From Candidatus Eiseniibacteriota bacterium (lineage in GTDB: Bacteria; Orphanbacterota; Orphanbacteria; Orphanbacterales; Orphanbacteraceae), in the NCBI GenBank assembly GCA_043809585.1, contig JBDROZ010000023.1:1-64000 (forward strand): DNA of 64,000 nucleotides, written 5' to 3'. Under the pieces are notes generated by a model, which saw only the letters and a program-made list of their open reading frames with translations, was not told the origin of the DNA and searched no databases. A program made the translations under genes and the position numbers. The number at the start of each line of letters is the position of its first letter. The stretch's first letter is position 1. Of the stretch, positions 1 to 10,522 are shown one piece after another.

Positions 1-1
1 G

Positions 2-637
2 TCATCGGTCGGGAAGAAGTTCTGGATGGGCATCACGGGGGTCCTTCTCTGCCTGTTCATCGCTTTTCACCTGACGGCGAATCTTCTTTTCTTCGTCGGC
101 CCCGGTCCCTTCAACGGGTTCTCAGCGGCCCTCGAGAAGATCCCGATCCTCCTGATCCTCGAGTTGAAGCTGGCGGCGCTCTTCGCGCTCCACATCCTCC
201 TCGGGATCGTCCTCTACTTCGACAACCGGGGCGCCCGGGGCGACCGGTATATCGAGTACGGGACGAAGAAGGGGGGCGTGAGCACTACGGTGTCGAAGAC
301 GATGATCTTCTCCGGCTTCGTCGTGCTGATCTACATCGTGCTCCACGTCCGGGCCTTCGTCTTCGGGGAGATTCCGGAGAGCGGCGGGCACGCCGACTAC
401 TACGCCAAGAACCTCGAGGTCTTCTCGAACGGGATCTACAGTCTATGGTATGTCTTCGGCGTGGCCGTGCTCGGCTTCCACGTCAGCCACGGTTTTCAGA
501 GCGCGTTCCGGTCGATCGGAGTGAATCACCGGGTCTACACTCCGTTCATCGAGTGGGTTTCGCGGGTGGCCGGCGTCGTCGTCGGCTTCGGTTTCGCCTC
601 GATCCCTCTCTACGTCTTCTTCTTCCAGGGAGCTTAG
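2..637 (+). CDS. sdhC: Succinate dehydrogenase cytochrome b558 subunit, 5'-truncated by window edge
   Basis: Frame open from window start ([13 protein letters not shown]...); TM helices with His heme ligands; directly upstream of sdhA. Confidence 0.9.
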   Translation, partial: SSVGKKFWMGITGVLLCLFIAFHLTANLLFFVGPGPFNGFSAALEKIPILLILELKLAALFALHILLGIVLYFDNRGARGDRYIEYGTKKGGVSTTVSKTMIFSGFVVLIYIVLHVRAFVFGEIPESGGHADYYAKNLEVFSNGIYSLWYVFGVAVLGFHVSHGFQSAFRSIGVNHRVYTPFIEWVSRVAGVVVGFGFASIPLYVFFFQGA

Positions 638-638
638 G

Positions 639-2551
<1,913 letters not shown>

Positions 2552-2552
<1 letters not shown>

Positions 2553-3331
2553 TGAGCGCGGGCAATGGCAATATGAGGCTGACGCTGAAGGTGTGGCGCC
2601 AGAGGGGCCCGGAGGAGCCGGGCCGGCTCGTCACCTACACGATGGACGACGTCTCTCCCGACCAGTCGTTTCTCGAGATGCTCGACGACCTCAACCAGAC
2701 GCTCGTGCTGAAGGGAGAGGAGGCGATCGTCTTCGAGCATGACTGCCGGGAGGGGATCTGCGGTTGTTGCGGGCTGATGATCAACGGCCAGGCCCACGGG
2801 CCGTCGCCGGGGACCACCGTCTGCCAGCTCCACATGCGGAAGTTCGAGGACGGCGACACGATCGTGATCGAGCCGTGGCGCGCCAAGGGCTTCCCGATCG
2901 TGAAGGATCTGATGGTCGACCGCTCCGCCTTCGACCGGATCATCGAGGCCGGTGGCTACATCTCGGTGAACACCGGGGTGGGGGTCGACGCGAACGCGAT
3001 TCCGATCCGGAAGGAGAACGCCGACCTCGCCTTCGACGCGGCGGCGTGCATCGGCTGCGGCGCGTGCGTGGCCTCCTGCCCGAACGCGTCGGCCATGCTC
3101 TACGTGGGCGCCAAGATCTCGCAATACGCGCTGCTCCCCCAGGGACAGGTGGAGCGGGTGGAGCGGGCGCTCAAGATGGTGGCCCGCATGGACGAGCTCG
3201 GTTTCGGCAACTGCTCGAACGTGGGCGAATGCGAGGCGTCCTGCCCGAAGGAGATCAGTCTCTCCAATATCCAGCGGATGTACCGGGAGTACGTGAAGGC
3301 GAGCTGGAAGACCTCGGGGGTGGGGTTGTAG
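2552..3331 (+). CDS. sdhB: Succinate dehydrogenase iron-sulfur subunit
   Basis: ATG overlaps sdh[20 protein letters not shown]...CP and CSNVGEC...CP cluster motifs. Confidence 0.95.
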
Positions 3332-3348
3332 GGATTGTTATTTCTGAA

Positions 3349-3388
3349 GAACGAACGGGGGGCGCGTTGCGCCCCCCGTTTTCGTTCT
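3349..3388 (+). terminator. Intrinsic terminator hairpin after sdhB
   Basis: aacggggggcgc-gtt-gcgccccccgtt stem followed by T-rich tail. Confidence 0.75.
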
Positions 3389-3398
3389 CATGGAAGCC

Positions 3399-3573
3399 CG
3401 GCGGGACGGGGGACCGGCATCGAGAGGGGGCGGGGCATAACCGGGCGAACCCAAGGAAGGCCTTCGAACCGCACTCTCCGCGAGTCCGGAGAATGGGAGG
3501 GCTTTCTCCCGCATCACTACGAGCGTTCAAGTCCGCCCCATCCCCCTCTCTCCTCCGTCCCCCCGCCCCGCCG
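3399..3573 (+). repeat. ~175-bp structured repeat family, copy A
   Basis: GGGGCATAACCGGG...CGAGCGTTCAAG core with self-complementary ends; similar copies at 3603, 26651, 45284(-) and 52356. Confidence 0.85.
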
Positions 3574-3602
3574 GGAGGAGGGGAAGCTTTATGAGTAGAG
3601 TG

Positions 3603-3776
3603 GGCGGGACGGGGGACCGGCATCGAGAGGGGGCGGGGCATAACCGGGCGAACCCAAGGAAGGCCTTCGCACCGCACTCTCCGCGAGCCCGGAGAAAGGG
3701 AGGGTTTTCTCACGCCGCACGACGAGCGTTCAAGTCCGCCCCATCCCCCTCCCTCCTCCGACCCCCCGCCCCGCCG
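3603..3776 (+). repeat. ~175-bp structured repeat family, copy B (tandem to A)
   Basis: Near-identical to copy A. Confidence 0.85.
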
Positions 3777-3836
3777 GAAGAGGGGGAGCGGAAGGAGTGG
3801 AGTGGGCGGCGCTCTGCCCCGCCAATGCATTGAAAT

Positions 3837-3862
3837 GTCATCCCCGCGCAGGCGGGGATCCA
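3837..3862. repeat. REP-like palindrome GTCATCCCCGCGCAGGCGGGGATCCA
   Basis: Second copy at 45028-45053 differs by a compensatory C-G to T-A pair. Confidence 0.75.
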
Positions 3863-3890
3863 GGAAATAGAATTCCGTCGGACGGAATTC

Positions 3891-4979
3891 CTACGCGAAC
3901 CTTACCGAGTAGATCGGCGGGAAGTGGTTGCCCGCCGGGACCCACGTGTCCCCGCCGTCGCCGCTGAGATAGAGGTTGCCCGTGGTGGTGCCGAAGGCGA
4001 GGCGGTCGCCCCGCTTGTCGAGCGCGTGGCGGAAGACGATGTCGTAGGCGTTGATCTGGGGGAGGCCTTTCCGGAGGGCCGTCCAGGTCTTGCCGCCGTC
4101 TTCGGTGCGGCAGACGCAGAGGGCGTTTTGAATCGCGACGCGCATCTCGTCGCTCACGGCGGGCACGACCCAAGCCGTGTCGCCGTCCTCTTCGTCCACG
4201 GCGACGGCGAAGCCGAACTTCGCCGGTCCTTCAGGTTCGGAGACATCCTCCCAGTTCCCGCCGCCGTCGATGCTCCGGAAGATGCCGCAATGGTTCTGCT
4301 GCCAGAGCCTGTCGGGATCGGAGGGGCAGGAGACGAGCAGATGCGGGTCGTGACCCACCTCCGGATACTTCTCCGGCAGATAGTCCGCCCGGAGCCCCCG
4401 GTTCTTCGGCGCCCACGTGCCGCCGCCGTCGGTGGACTCGAAGACGCCCGCCACGCTGATACCGACCTGAATCCGATCGGAATCGCGCGGGTCGACGACC
4501 ACCGAGTGCAGTCCCGGATGATCCCGCCCGCCGCCGAACCAATGTTTCTGCCGGGAGGGGTGATTCCAGAGGGACTCGACGAGGGTGAACGAACGGCCGC
4601 CGTCGTCGCTGACGAAAAGGCCGCCCGGTTCGGTGCCCGCGTAAAGGCGCTCCGGCCGGTTGTCCCCGCCCGGCGCGAGCACCCAAAGGTAGAGCGATTT
4701 CGCCTCGCTCCCGTCCGGCAGGGTCGAGCCTTCCGGATAGGCGGGGGCGGAGACTTCTTCCCACGTCACCCCCTCGTCCCGGGAGCGGGAGAGCTTCGTC
4801 CCCCAATGGCCGTGGTCGAGGCTCGCCCAGATCGTACCGGTCCGATGATCGCGGAACGCGTACGGAACCGGAACCCCCCGGTGCCCCTCCCGGACGAACG
4901 AGCAGTCTTCGCCGTCCCATCGAAGCTGGATCACTCCTTTTCTCGTCCCGAGAATCAGCATATCGCCGGCTCCGGCCAT
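3891..4979 (-). CDS. BNR/Asp-box beta-propeller (sialidase-like) protein
   Basis: Repeated SxDGGxTW Asp-boxes. Confidence 0.85.
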   Translation of the reverse strand: MAGAGDMLILGTRKGVIQLRWDGEDCSFVREGHRGVPVPYAFRDHRTGTIWASLDHGHWGTKLSRSRDEGVTWEEVSAPAYPEGSTLPDGSEAKSLYLWVLAPGGDNRPERLYAGTEPGGLFVSDDGGRSFTLVESLWNHPSRQKHWFGGGRDHPGLHSVVVDPRDSDRIQVGISVAGVFESTDGGGTWAPKNRGLRADYLPEKYPEVGHDPHLLVSCPSDPDRLWQQNHCGIFRSIDGGGNWEDVSEPEGPAKFGFAVAVDEEDGDTAWVVPAVSDEMRVAIQNALCVCRTEDGGKTWTALRKGLPQINAYDIVFRHALDKRGDRLAFGTTTGNLYLSGDGGDTWVPAGNHFPPIYSVRFA

Positions 4980-5007
4980 CCTGTTTCTCCTCGATGAATG
5001 AGATCGG

Positions 5008-5283
5008 TCATCCCCCGGAGAGGGACTGGAGGAAGTGCACTTCGTCCCGCTCGCCCACGGGGTCGGTCAGCGCGGCGCGGTCTTCGATCTGATCGCCGCC
5101 GATGAAAACCAAGACGGGGTTCCGGAGGCTCCCCCGCTCGTCGACCAGATAGGCCCCGAGTCCGGGGTGACGGCGATCCACGGCGCGCACCAGCTCGGCC
5201 ACGCTCTTCCCTTCCGTCTCGAAGGACTCTTCGAGATCGGGAAAGAAGCGCTTCAGATGCCGTGTGAAGTGCACGCGGGGCAC
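5008..5283 (-). CDS. MoaD/ThiS-family ubiquitin-like protein
   Basis: GTG start after GGAG; 91 aa ending ...SLSGG. Confidence 0.85.
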   Translation of the reverse strand: MPRVHFTRHLKRFFPDLEESFETEGKSVAELVRAVDRRHPGLGAYLVDERGSLRNPVLVFIGGDQIEDRAALTDPVGERDEVHFLQSLSGG

Positions 5284-5377
5284 GGGATACCTCCGAGGAT
5301 TCGCTACCCGAAAGTTATGCAAGACCGATGGGATGGGCAAGGCCGGAGACAGACCCGAGTGTCTGTCCCTGCTTCCC

Positions 5378-5452
5378 CGTTCCGGGGGACACGAAACGAG
5401 TTCATGTCCCCCTCGCGTTCCGGGGGACACGAAACGAGTTCATGTCCCCCTC
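5378..5452. repeat. Tandem pair of GGGGGACACGAAACGAGTTCATGTCCCCC hairpin repeats
   Basis: Two identical 37-bp units; the same hairpin occurs at 45243-45271(-) and 52543-52571. Confidence 0.85.
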
Positions 5453-7019
5453 ATGCCCCCTGATGCTCCTCTTTCAATAGATCCGTCACCCGCTTGACCG
5501 GGGAGAAGGTCTCGGCGGGGACTTCTACGAAAACCGTGTTCCAGTCGGCCATGGCGCCATTCCAGAGACCCGGCCGTTCGAAGGCCTTCAGGGTCCTTCC
5601 GTCCTTCGACTTGACGCTGATGAAAACCGCCGATTCGTCCACGTGGCCCCGGAGATCGTACGGGTTTCCGCGCCGGTCCCGGAGGGCGCAGACGAGGTCG
5701 ACCGGATTGAAGTGGGTCGACGCCTTCAGAATCTCCTGTTGGGCATCCGACCGCGGATCGATCTGGGCGGACTCCACGATCTGGAGGCTTGCGGACCCGT
5801 CCTCGCCGGTCACCCAGAAGGGGCCGCCGCCGGGGTCCCCCGTGTTCGGCACCATCCCGCACACCCGGAGGGGCCGGTCGAGTTTCTCCGTCACGAAGCG
5901 GTGCGCGTCACCGCCCGCGGGGGCCTTGCCCGCGGGAGGCTCCACGCCGAGGTCCTCCTTCAGGAAGATCATCGCCTCCTCGACGACTCTGTTGTCCGCT
6001 CCCTCATCGAGCCGGGCGAGGAGTCGGAATATCCTCTCCTGAACGCGGGTGAGATGCCCGGCCAGGGCCTTCTTCCAGCCGCATACTTCCGCGGTCAGCT
6101 GACGGGGCGTCACGTTGTCGATGTTCTTGATGAAGACGATGTCGCCCTCCGTCTCGCCGAGGTTCTCGATCAGAGCGCCGTGGCCGCCGGGCCGGACCAG
6201 GAGCCGTCCGTTCTTCTCCCGGAAGGGGCGGTTCGATTCGTCGGCGGCGAGGGTGTCCGTCGAGGGCTTCTGCGCCGAGAAGTTCACCTCGTAACGAATG
6301 CCGAACCGTTCCTCCAGGCCGGGCCGGACCCGCTCCAGGAGTCGCCGGAACGCCTCCTCGTGCTCGGGGGAAACGGTGAAGTGGAGGCGGCACGACCCGT
6401 CGGCGTTACGCGCGTAGAGCGCGGCTTCGATCAGGTGTTGTTCGAAGGGGGTGCGGGCCTCGTCCTCCGTCCCGTGGAACGGAATGAGTCCTTTCGGCAG
6501 GCGGGCGAAATCGAGCGCGGCCGGGTCGAGCAGTGCACCGAGAATCGGGCGGTACGAACCGTTCTGGAGGAGGGCGGCCGGGTCCTCGCCGGCCTCCTCG
6601 AGGGTGTCCCGGAGGGCGCCGGCGAAGGGGAATCGGGAAAGGCCCTCCAGAAACCGTTTCAGCTCGGGGAAGTGCTCGGTCCCCTTCGCCGCCTCTCGCT
6701 CGATCTCGCGGCGCGACCACTCCCGCGTCTCGTTTCGAAAGAAAAGGAGGGATTGGAACATGCGGGTCGCCGCCCCGGAGGCGGGAACGAACTTGAGAAA
6801 CCGGTCTCCGAGGCGGGCCCGCTCGTAAGCGGCGAGGGCCTCTTCGACTTCCGATTCCACAAGGCGGCGGATGCCGTCCCCCGGCACACAGACCCGCGCG
6901 AGTTTCGTGAAACCGGGCGGATTCTCGAACAGCGCGATCTGGCGGAGTCCCTCTTCGAGAGAGATGCCCGCCCCCTCGAGCTGCTTCCGGTCTTCTTTCG
7001 TGAATATGGAGGGTTCCAT
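5451..7019 (-). CDS. DUF4301-family protein (nucleotidyltransferase-like)
   Basis: KFVPASGAATRMF, RPGGHGALIENL, GGGPFWV, THFNPVDLVC and PGLWNGAMA motifs. Confidence 0.85.
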   Translation of the reverse strand: MEPSIFTKEDRKQLEGAGISLEEGLRQIALFENPPGFTKLARVCVPGDGIRRLVESEVEEALAAYERARLGDRFLKFVPASGAATRMFQSLLFFRNETREWSRREIEREAAKGTEHFPELKRFLEGLSRFPFAGALRDTLEEAGEDPAALLQNGSYRPILGALLDPAALDFARLPKGLIPFHGTEDEARTPFEQHLIEAALYARNADGSCRLHFTVSPEHEEAFRRLLERVRPGLEERFGIRYEVNFSAQKPSTDTLAADESNRPFREKNGRLLVRPGGHGALIENLGETEGDIVFIKNIDNVTPRQLTAEVCGWKKALAGHLTRVQERIFRLLARLDEGADNRVVEEAMIFLKEDLGVEPPAGKAPAGGDAHRFVTEKLDRPLRVCGMVPNTGDPGGGPFWVTGEDGSASLQIVESAQIDPRSDAQQEILKASTHFNPVDLVCALRDRRGNPYDLRGHVDESAVFISVKSKDGRTLKAFERPGLWNGAMADWNTVFVEVPAETFSPVKRVTDLLKEEHQGA

Positions 7020-7137
7020 GAACCGGCCCCTTTCATTCGGAGTCGCCCCATGGTATCACAGGCGCCGCGATCGATCCGCCCTTGGGTGGGGGCCAGCCTG
7101 GATTCTTCAAGACCCTCACACGTCTTGGGCCCGGTCG

Positions 7138-7267
7138 GGAGCCAGGGGGTGAGGGCTGAGCGGCGAGTTCCGCAGCGCGCCGGCCTCACCCTGTGTGGCG
7201 GGACGCCTACATGTCCGGGCCGGCGCGCGAGGACTGTCTGAGCAAGCCAGCCCTCACCCCTGGCTCC
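7138..7267. other. Long structured intergenic hairpin with GCGGCGAGTT / TGTCTGAGC junction
   Basis: ~20-bp terminal inverted repeat; the same junction motifs occur in the 52808-52988 element. Confidence 0.6.
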
Positions 7268-7284
7268 GCCCGCCGATTTCAAGG

Positions 7285-8460
7285 CTAGCAGCCGCCCGCC
7301 TTCTTCTCGCCGGCCCGCTCGATCTTGCGGGGCATCACGGCCGGCGCTTCCGTCTTCGCCTCCGAGCCGGTGAAGTGGGTGTGAAGGGCGAAGAGCAGCT
7401 TGTATTCGTCGATCGCCGCCGCCGTGGGCGACTCGGGAGGAAACGGAGCTTCGAGGATCCGCTCCGCGAACGCCCGGTAGCCTCCTTCCAGCACGAACAC
7501 ATCGCCGGTGAACCGGGACGCCGAGGCGGGTAGGACGTCCAAGGTTCGATCGCCGTAAAGAATCAGCCGCCGGGTTCCGGGGAGGTCGGCGAGATACGCC
7601 GCATCCGGGTCGTCTTCGGGGACCGTCAGAGAGCCCGGGATTCGCCTCTCCGGCTCCGCGCCCTGTCGGAGATCGACGAGCCAGTACGAGGTCGGATCGT
7701 CCACGACGAGGCGTGCGAGCTCGATCGCACTCACCTCCTCGATCGTCTTTCCCGCGTGGACCGGGGGCGTGCGGGGGACGAGCAGGGTGAGCACGCCGAT
7801 CGCCGCCGCCGCGCCGAAGAGGGCGAAGACCCGGCGCCGCGTCCCGGGGAGCCCGGCGGGGGGCTCGCCCCGGTCCTTCGCCGCGAAAGCCCGCTCCGCC
7901 TTCTCGGCGCCGAGAAAAGCACCGACCGCCATCAGCGCGACGCCGGCGGCGAGGAACGCCTGGGGCAGGCCGAGAAGGGAAGGGAACGTCACGGCTCCCA
8001 TGGATCCGCTCACGTAGAAGCCCGCGTAGAGGGGGTAGAAGAACCCGAAGAGGACCGATCCTGCCATGACGCCGGCGATGGCGGCGAGCCCGTCCCACTT
8101 GCCGGAGGCCATGGCGACCACGCCCGTGCCGGGGCAGTACCCGGAGATGATGAATCCCGCGCCGAGGAGCAGCCCCCCCGCGAGCTGGGGCCAGAGAAAG
8201 GTCGGCGGGATTTGCAGGGCGCCCATGTCGAGAATTCCCGTCCCGCCGAGAATCGTCATGCCGAGAAGGGCGATGACGATGGCCGAGAACATGACCTTCA
8301 GGACCCGCATGTCCCGGAAATAGAACTGGGCGGCGAGCACCGAGGCGCGGCCGAATCCCGCGCGCTCGAGAACAAAGCCGAACAAGATCCCGAGGAGGAC
8401 GGCCGCCACGAGCCCCGTCGGATAGCCGAATGCGTCCTTCATATAGAGAGGGAGACTCAT
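7285..8460 (-). CDS. YeeE/YedE sulfur-transport protein fused to a rhodanese-like domain
   Basis: FGFVLERAGF and GYCPGT motifs; C-terminal LVDLR...IPGS...LEGGY; ends GGC. Confidence 0.85.
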   Translation of the reverse strand: MSLPLYMKDAFGYPTGLVAAVLLGILFGFVLERAGFGRASVLAAQFYFRDMRVLKVMFSAIVIALLGMTILGGTGILDMGALQIPPTFLWPQLAGGLLLGAGFIISGYCPGTGVVAMASGKWDGLAAIAGVMAGSVLFGFFYPLYAGFYVSGSMGAVTFPSLLGLPQAFLAAGVALMAVGAFLGAEKAERAFAAKDRGEPPAGLPGTRRRVFALFGAAAAIGVLTLLVPRTPPVHAGKTIEEVSAIELARLVVDDPTSYWLVDLRQGAEPERRIPGSLTVPEDDPDAAYLADLPGTRRLILYGDRTLDVLPASASRFTGDVFVLEGGYRAFAERILEAPFPPESPTAAAIDEYKLLFALHTHFTGSEAKTEAPAVMPRKIERAGEKKAGGC

Positions 8461-8971
8461 CGCCACTCTCTCCTCACCAGCGGGGCGACCAGGTAGCCCC
8501 CCGCGAAGACCGCCATCATGAAGACCCATGAGCCGAGGGAGAGAGGGAGCCCCCCGAAAGGGCCTGGCCCGACGTGCATCCCCGGGAGAAGCGCGCCGCG
8601 AACCCCATGAGCGCGCCGCCGAGGAGGGCGAGAGCGATCCGCCTCCCCGCGGGGAAGCCCTTCGCCCGGATCACCTCGCCCCTCAGCCGCCCCCCGGTGT
8701 AGGCGCCGAAGGCGCCGCCGAGGAAGACACCGAGGACGAGGAAGACGAGCCAGTCGTCGAGGATGGGCGTGCCGGCCTGAACGTAGCTCTCGAAATACCC
8801 GTTCCCCTCCACCGCGCCCGGAACAATCGCGTGAACGATGCCAATGCCGATGCGGTTGAACGTCCCCGACGATCCGAGGCCGAACCCCATGACCAGGAAG
8901 GACGCGAGGAGAACGAGCCCGAGAACCACGCCCGCCACGTAAGGATTCCAGAAAGGCCTGGGCTGTTCCAT
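8457..8971 (-). CDS. YeeE/YedE protein, frameshifted near 8545
   Basis: WNPYVAG and GCTSGQAL motifs; natural C-terminus LSLGSWVFMMAVFAGGY...EWR* lies in another frame, and its TGA overlaps the next ATG. Confidence 0.8.
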
Positions 8972-8981
8972 GTCGATCACC

Positions 8982-9962
8982 TCAGGGAAGAAGTCCGTGC
9001 GAGCTCGCCTGGCCCGCCGCGAGAAGGATCCAGCGGAGCGACAAACCGCCGATCAGGACGAGGGCCGGCGCGAGCAATGTCGGACTCACGGACCGCCTCG
9101 TTTCCACCGATTCGAGGGCGAGCGGGACCGCGAGGCCGGTCACCACCACGAGGGCCCAGAATACGCCCGTGTACGGGCCGCCGAGAAGTGCTCCCGCCGC
9201 CGCCTGCCGGGCCCGATCCCCCGTCGCGAGATCGAGAATCATGAGAATGATGAAAAGGAACTCCGCGCCGATCAGCGCCATGTCCCATCGTACCAGGACG
9301 TGCCGTTCCTCCTCAGGAGGACGGAAGAGGAGCATGAACGCCGCCCCCGTGGAGAGCCCCGAGAGAAGAAAAAGCGGCCCGAGGATCGTCGTGTTCCACG
9401 CGGGCCGGGCGCCGAGGGTTCCGAGGAGGAGCCCCGTGTACGCGCCGAGCAGGGCTCCCGCGGCGACGGCGGCGACGAGAATCCCCCGGCGCCGCCGGTC
9501 GGAAAAAGCCGCCGCCCGCCGGAGAAGTCCGCCGAAGGGGCGGACGAGGGGGAAGCGCGCGAGCCCCCGCCGCTCTTCCCCGGTCAGCGCACCGAGGCCG
9601 AGCAGAAGCCCCACGGGATAGACGATCAGAAGGATCCACGATCCCCACGACATGGGTGAGCGCGGTTCAAAAGCGAGATAGAAACGCCAGAAGTGGATCT
9701 TGTACTCGAGATCGGCGAGAAGGGCGACCATGCCGGCCGAGAGGATGACGAGGGCGACGAGGGGCATCACCCGGAGCCTGAGCGCTTCCGGGCGGGTCTT
9801 CGCGCGCATCTCGAGGGCCGCCGACAGAATCAGGATACCCGCCGCGAGGCCGCCGAGGAAGAGATAGACCGAAATCTCCCATCCCCAGATATGGAGGGCC
9901 GGGTCGATCCCGGGATTGTGCCGTCCGTGGAGGATTTCCATCATCCCGCTCGTCGTCTGCAT
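8982..9962 (-). CDS. psrC: NrfD/PsrC-type membrane anchor
   Basis: WGWEISVYLFLGGLAAG and SPMSWGSW motifs; multiple TM helices. Confidence 0.85.
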   Translation of the reverse strand: MQTTSGMMEILHGRHNPGIDPALHIWGWEISVYLFLGGLAAGILILSAALEMRAKTRPEALRLRVMPLVALVILSAGMVALLADLEYKIHFWRFYLAFEPRSPMSWGSWILLIVYPVGLLLGLGALTGEERRGLARFPLVRPFGGLLRRAAAFSDRRRRGILVAAVAAGALLGAYTGLLLGTLGARPAWNTTILGPLFLLSGLSTGAAFMLLFRPPEEERHVLVRWDMALIGAEFLFIILMILDLATGDRARQAAAGALLGGPYTGVFWALVVVTGLAVPLALESVETRRSVSPTLLAPALVLIGGLSLRWILLAAGQASSHGLLP

Positions 9963-9979
9963 CGCCCTCCCCCCCTCCA

Positions 9980-10522
9980 TCAGATACAGAAGTAGAGACG
10001 GGGGTCGCATCCCGTCTCCGGGTGAAGGACCTTGTGACTTCGGGTGCGAAGCAGTCCTGATACGTCCGATTCCGGATCGTTCAGATCGCCGAAGTGCATG
10101 CACGCCGTCGGGCAGACTGCGACGCACGCCGGCTTCTCGCCCCTTCGAACGCGGTGGAGGCAGAAGGTGCACTTGTCGATGTAGCCTTCCGGGTGAACGT
10201 AGCGCGCGTCGTAAGGGCAGGCGGCGACGCACGCCTTGCACCCCGTGCACTTGCGGCGCGTGACGAGCACCGCGCCCCCCGAGTTCACGTGGCTCGCGCC
10301 GGTGGGGCAGGCGTAAACGCAGGGCGGTTTCGCGCAATGGTTGCACCGCTCCGAACGGTTCTCGGCGGCGAGCTTCGGAAACGTCCCCCGCACCTCCTCG
10401 ACGAGCCAATCCCGGCAGCGGCCGTCGGGCACGTCGTTCTCGCTCTTGCAGGCGAGCACGCACGCCTTGCACGCCACGCACAGCTTCGTGTCCACCGCCA
10501 TCCCGTACCGCGGCCCCTTCAT
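9980..10522 (-). CDS. psrB: 4Fe-4S dicluster subunit (PsrB/NrfC-like)
   Basis: CVACKACVLAC, CNHC..PPCVYACP, CTGCKACVAACP and KCTFC motifs. Confidence 0.9.
   Translation of the reverse strand: MKGPRYGMAVDTKLCVACKACVLACKSENDVPDGRCRDWLVEEVRGTFPKLAAENRSERCNHCAKPPCVYACPTGASHVNSGGAVLVTRRKCTGCKACVAACPYDARYVHPEGYIDKCTFCLHRVRRGEKPACVAVCPTACMHFGDLNDPESDVSGLLRTRSHKVLHPETGCDPRLYFCI

Noticed and set aside
3433-3531. Structured repeat family as solitary attC sites (GCATAAC...GTT)
   Set aside because: The right end GTTCAAG does not complement GCATAAC, and the copies do not delimit cassettes
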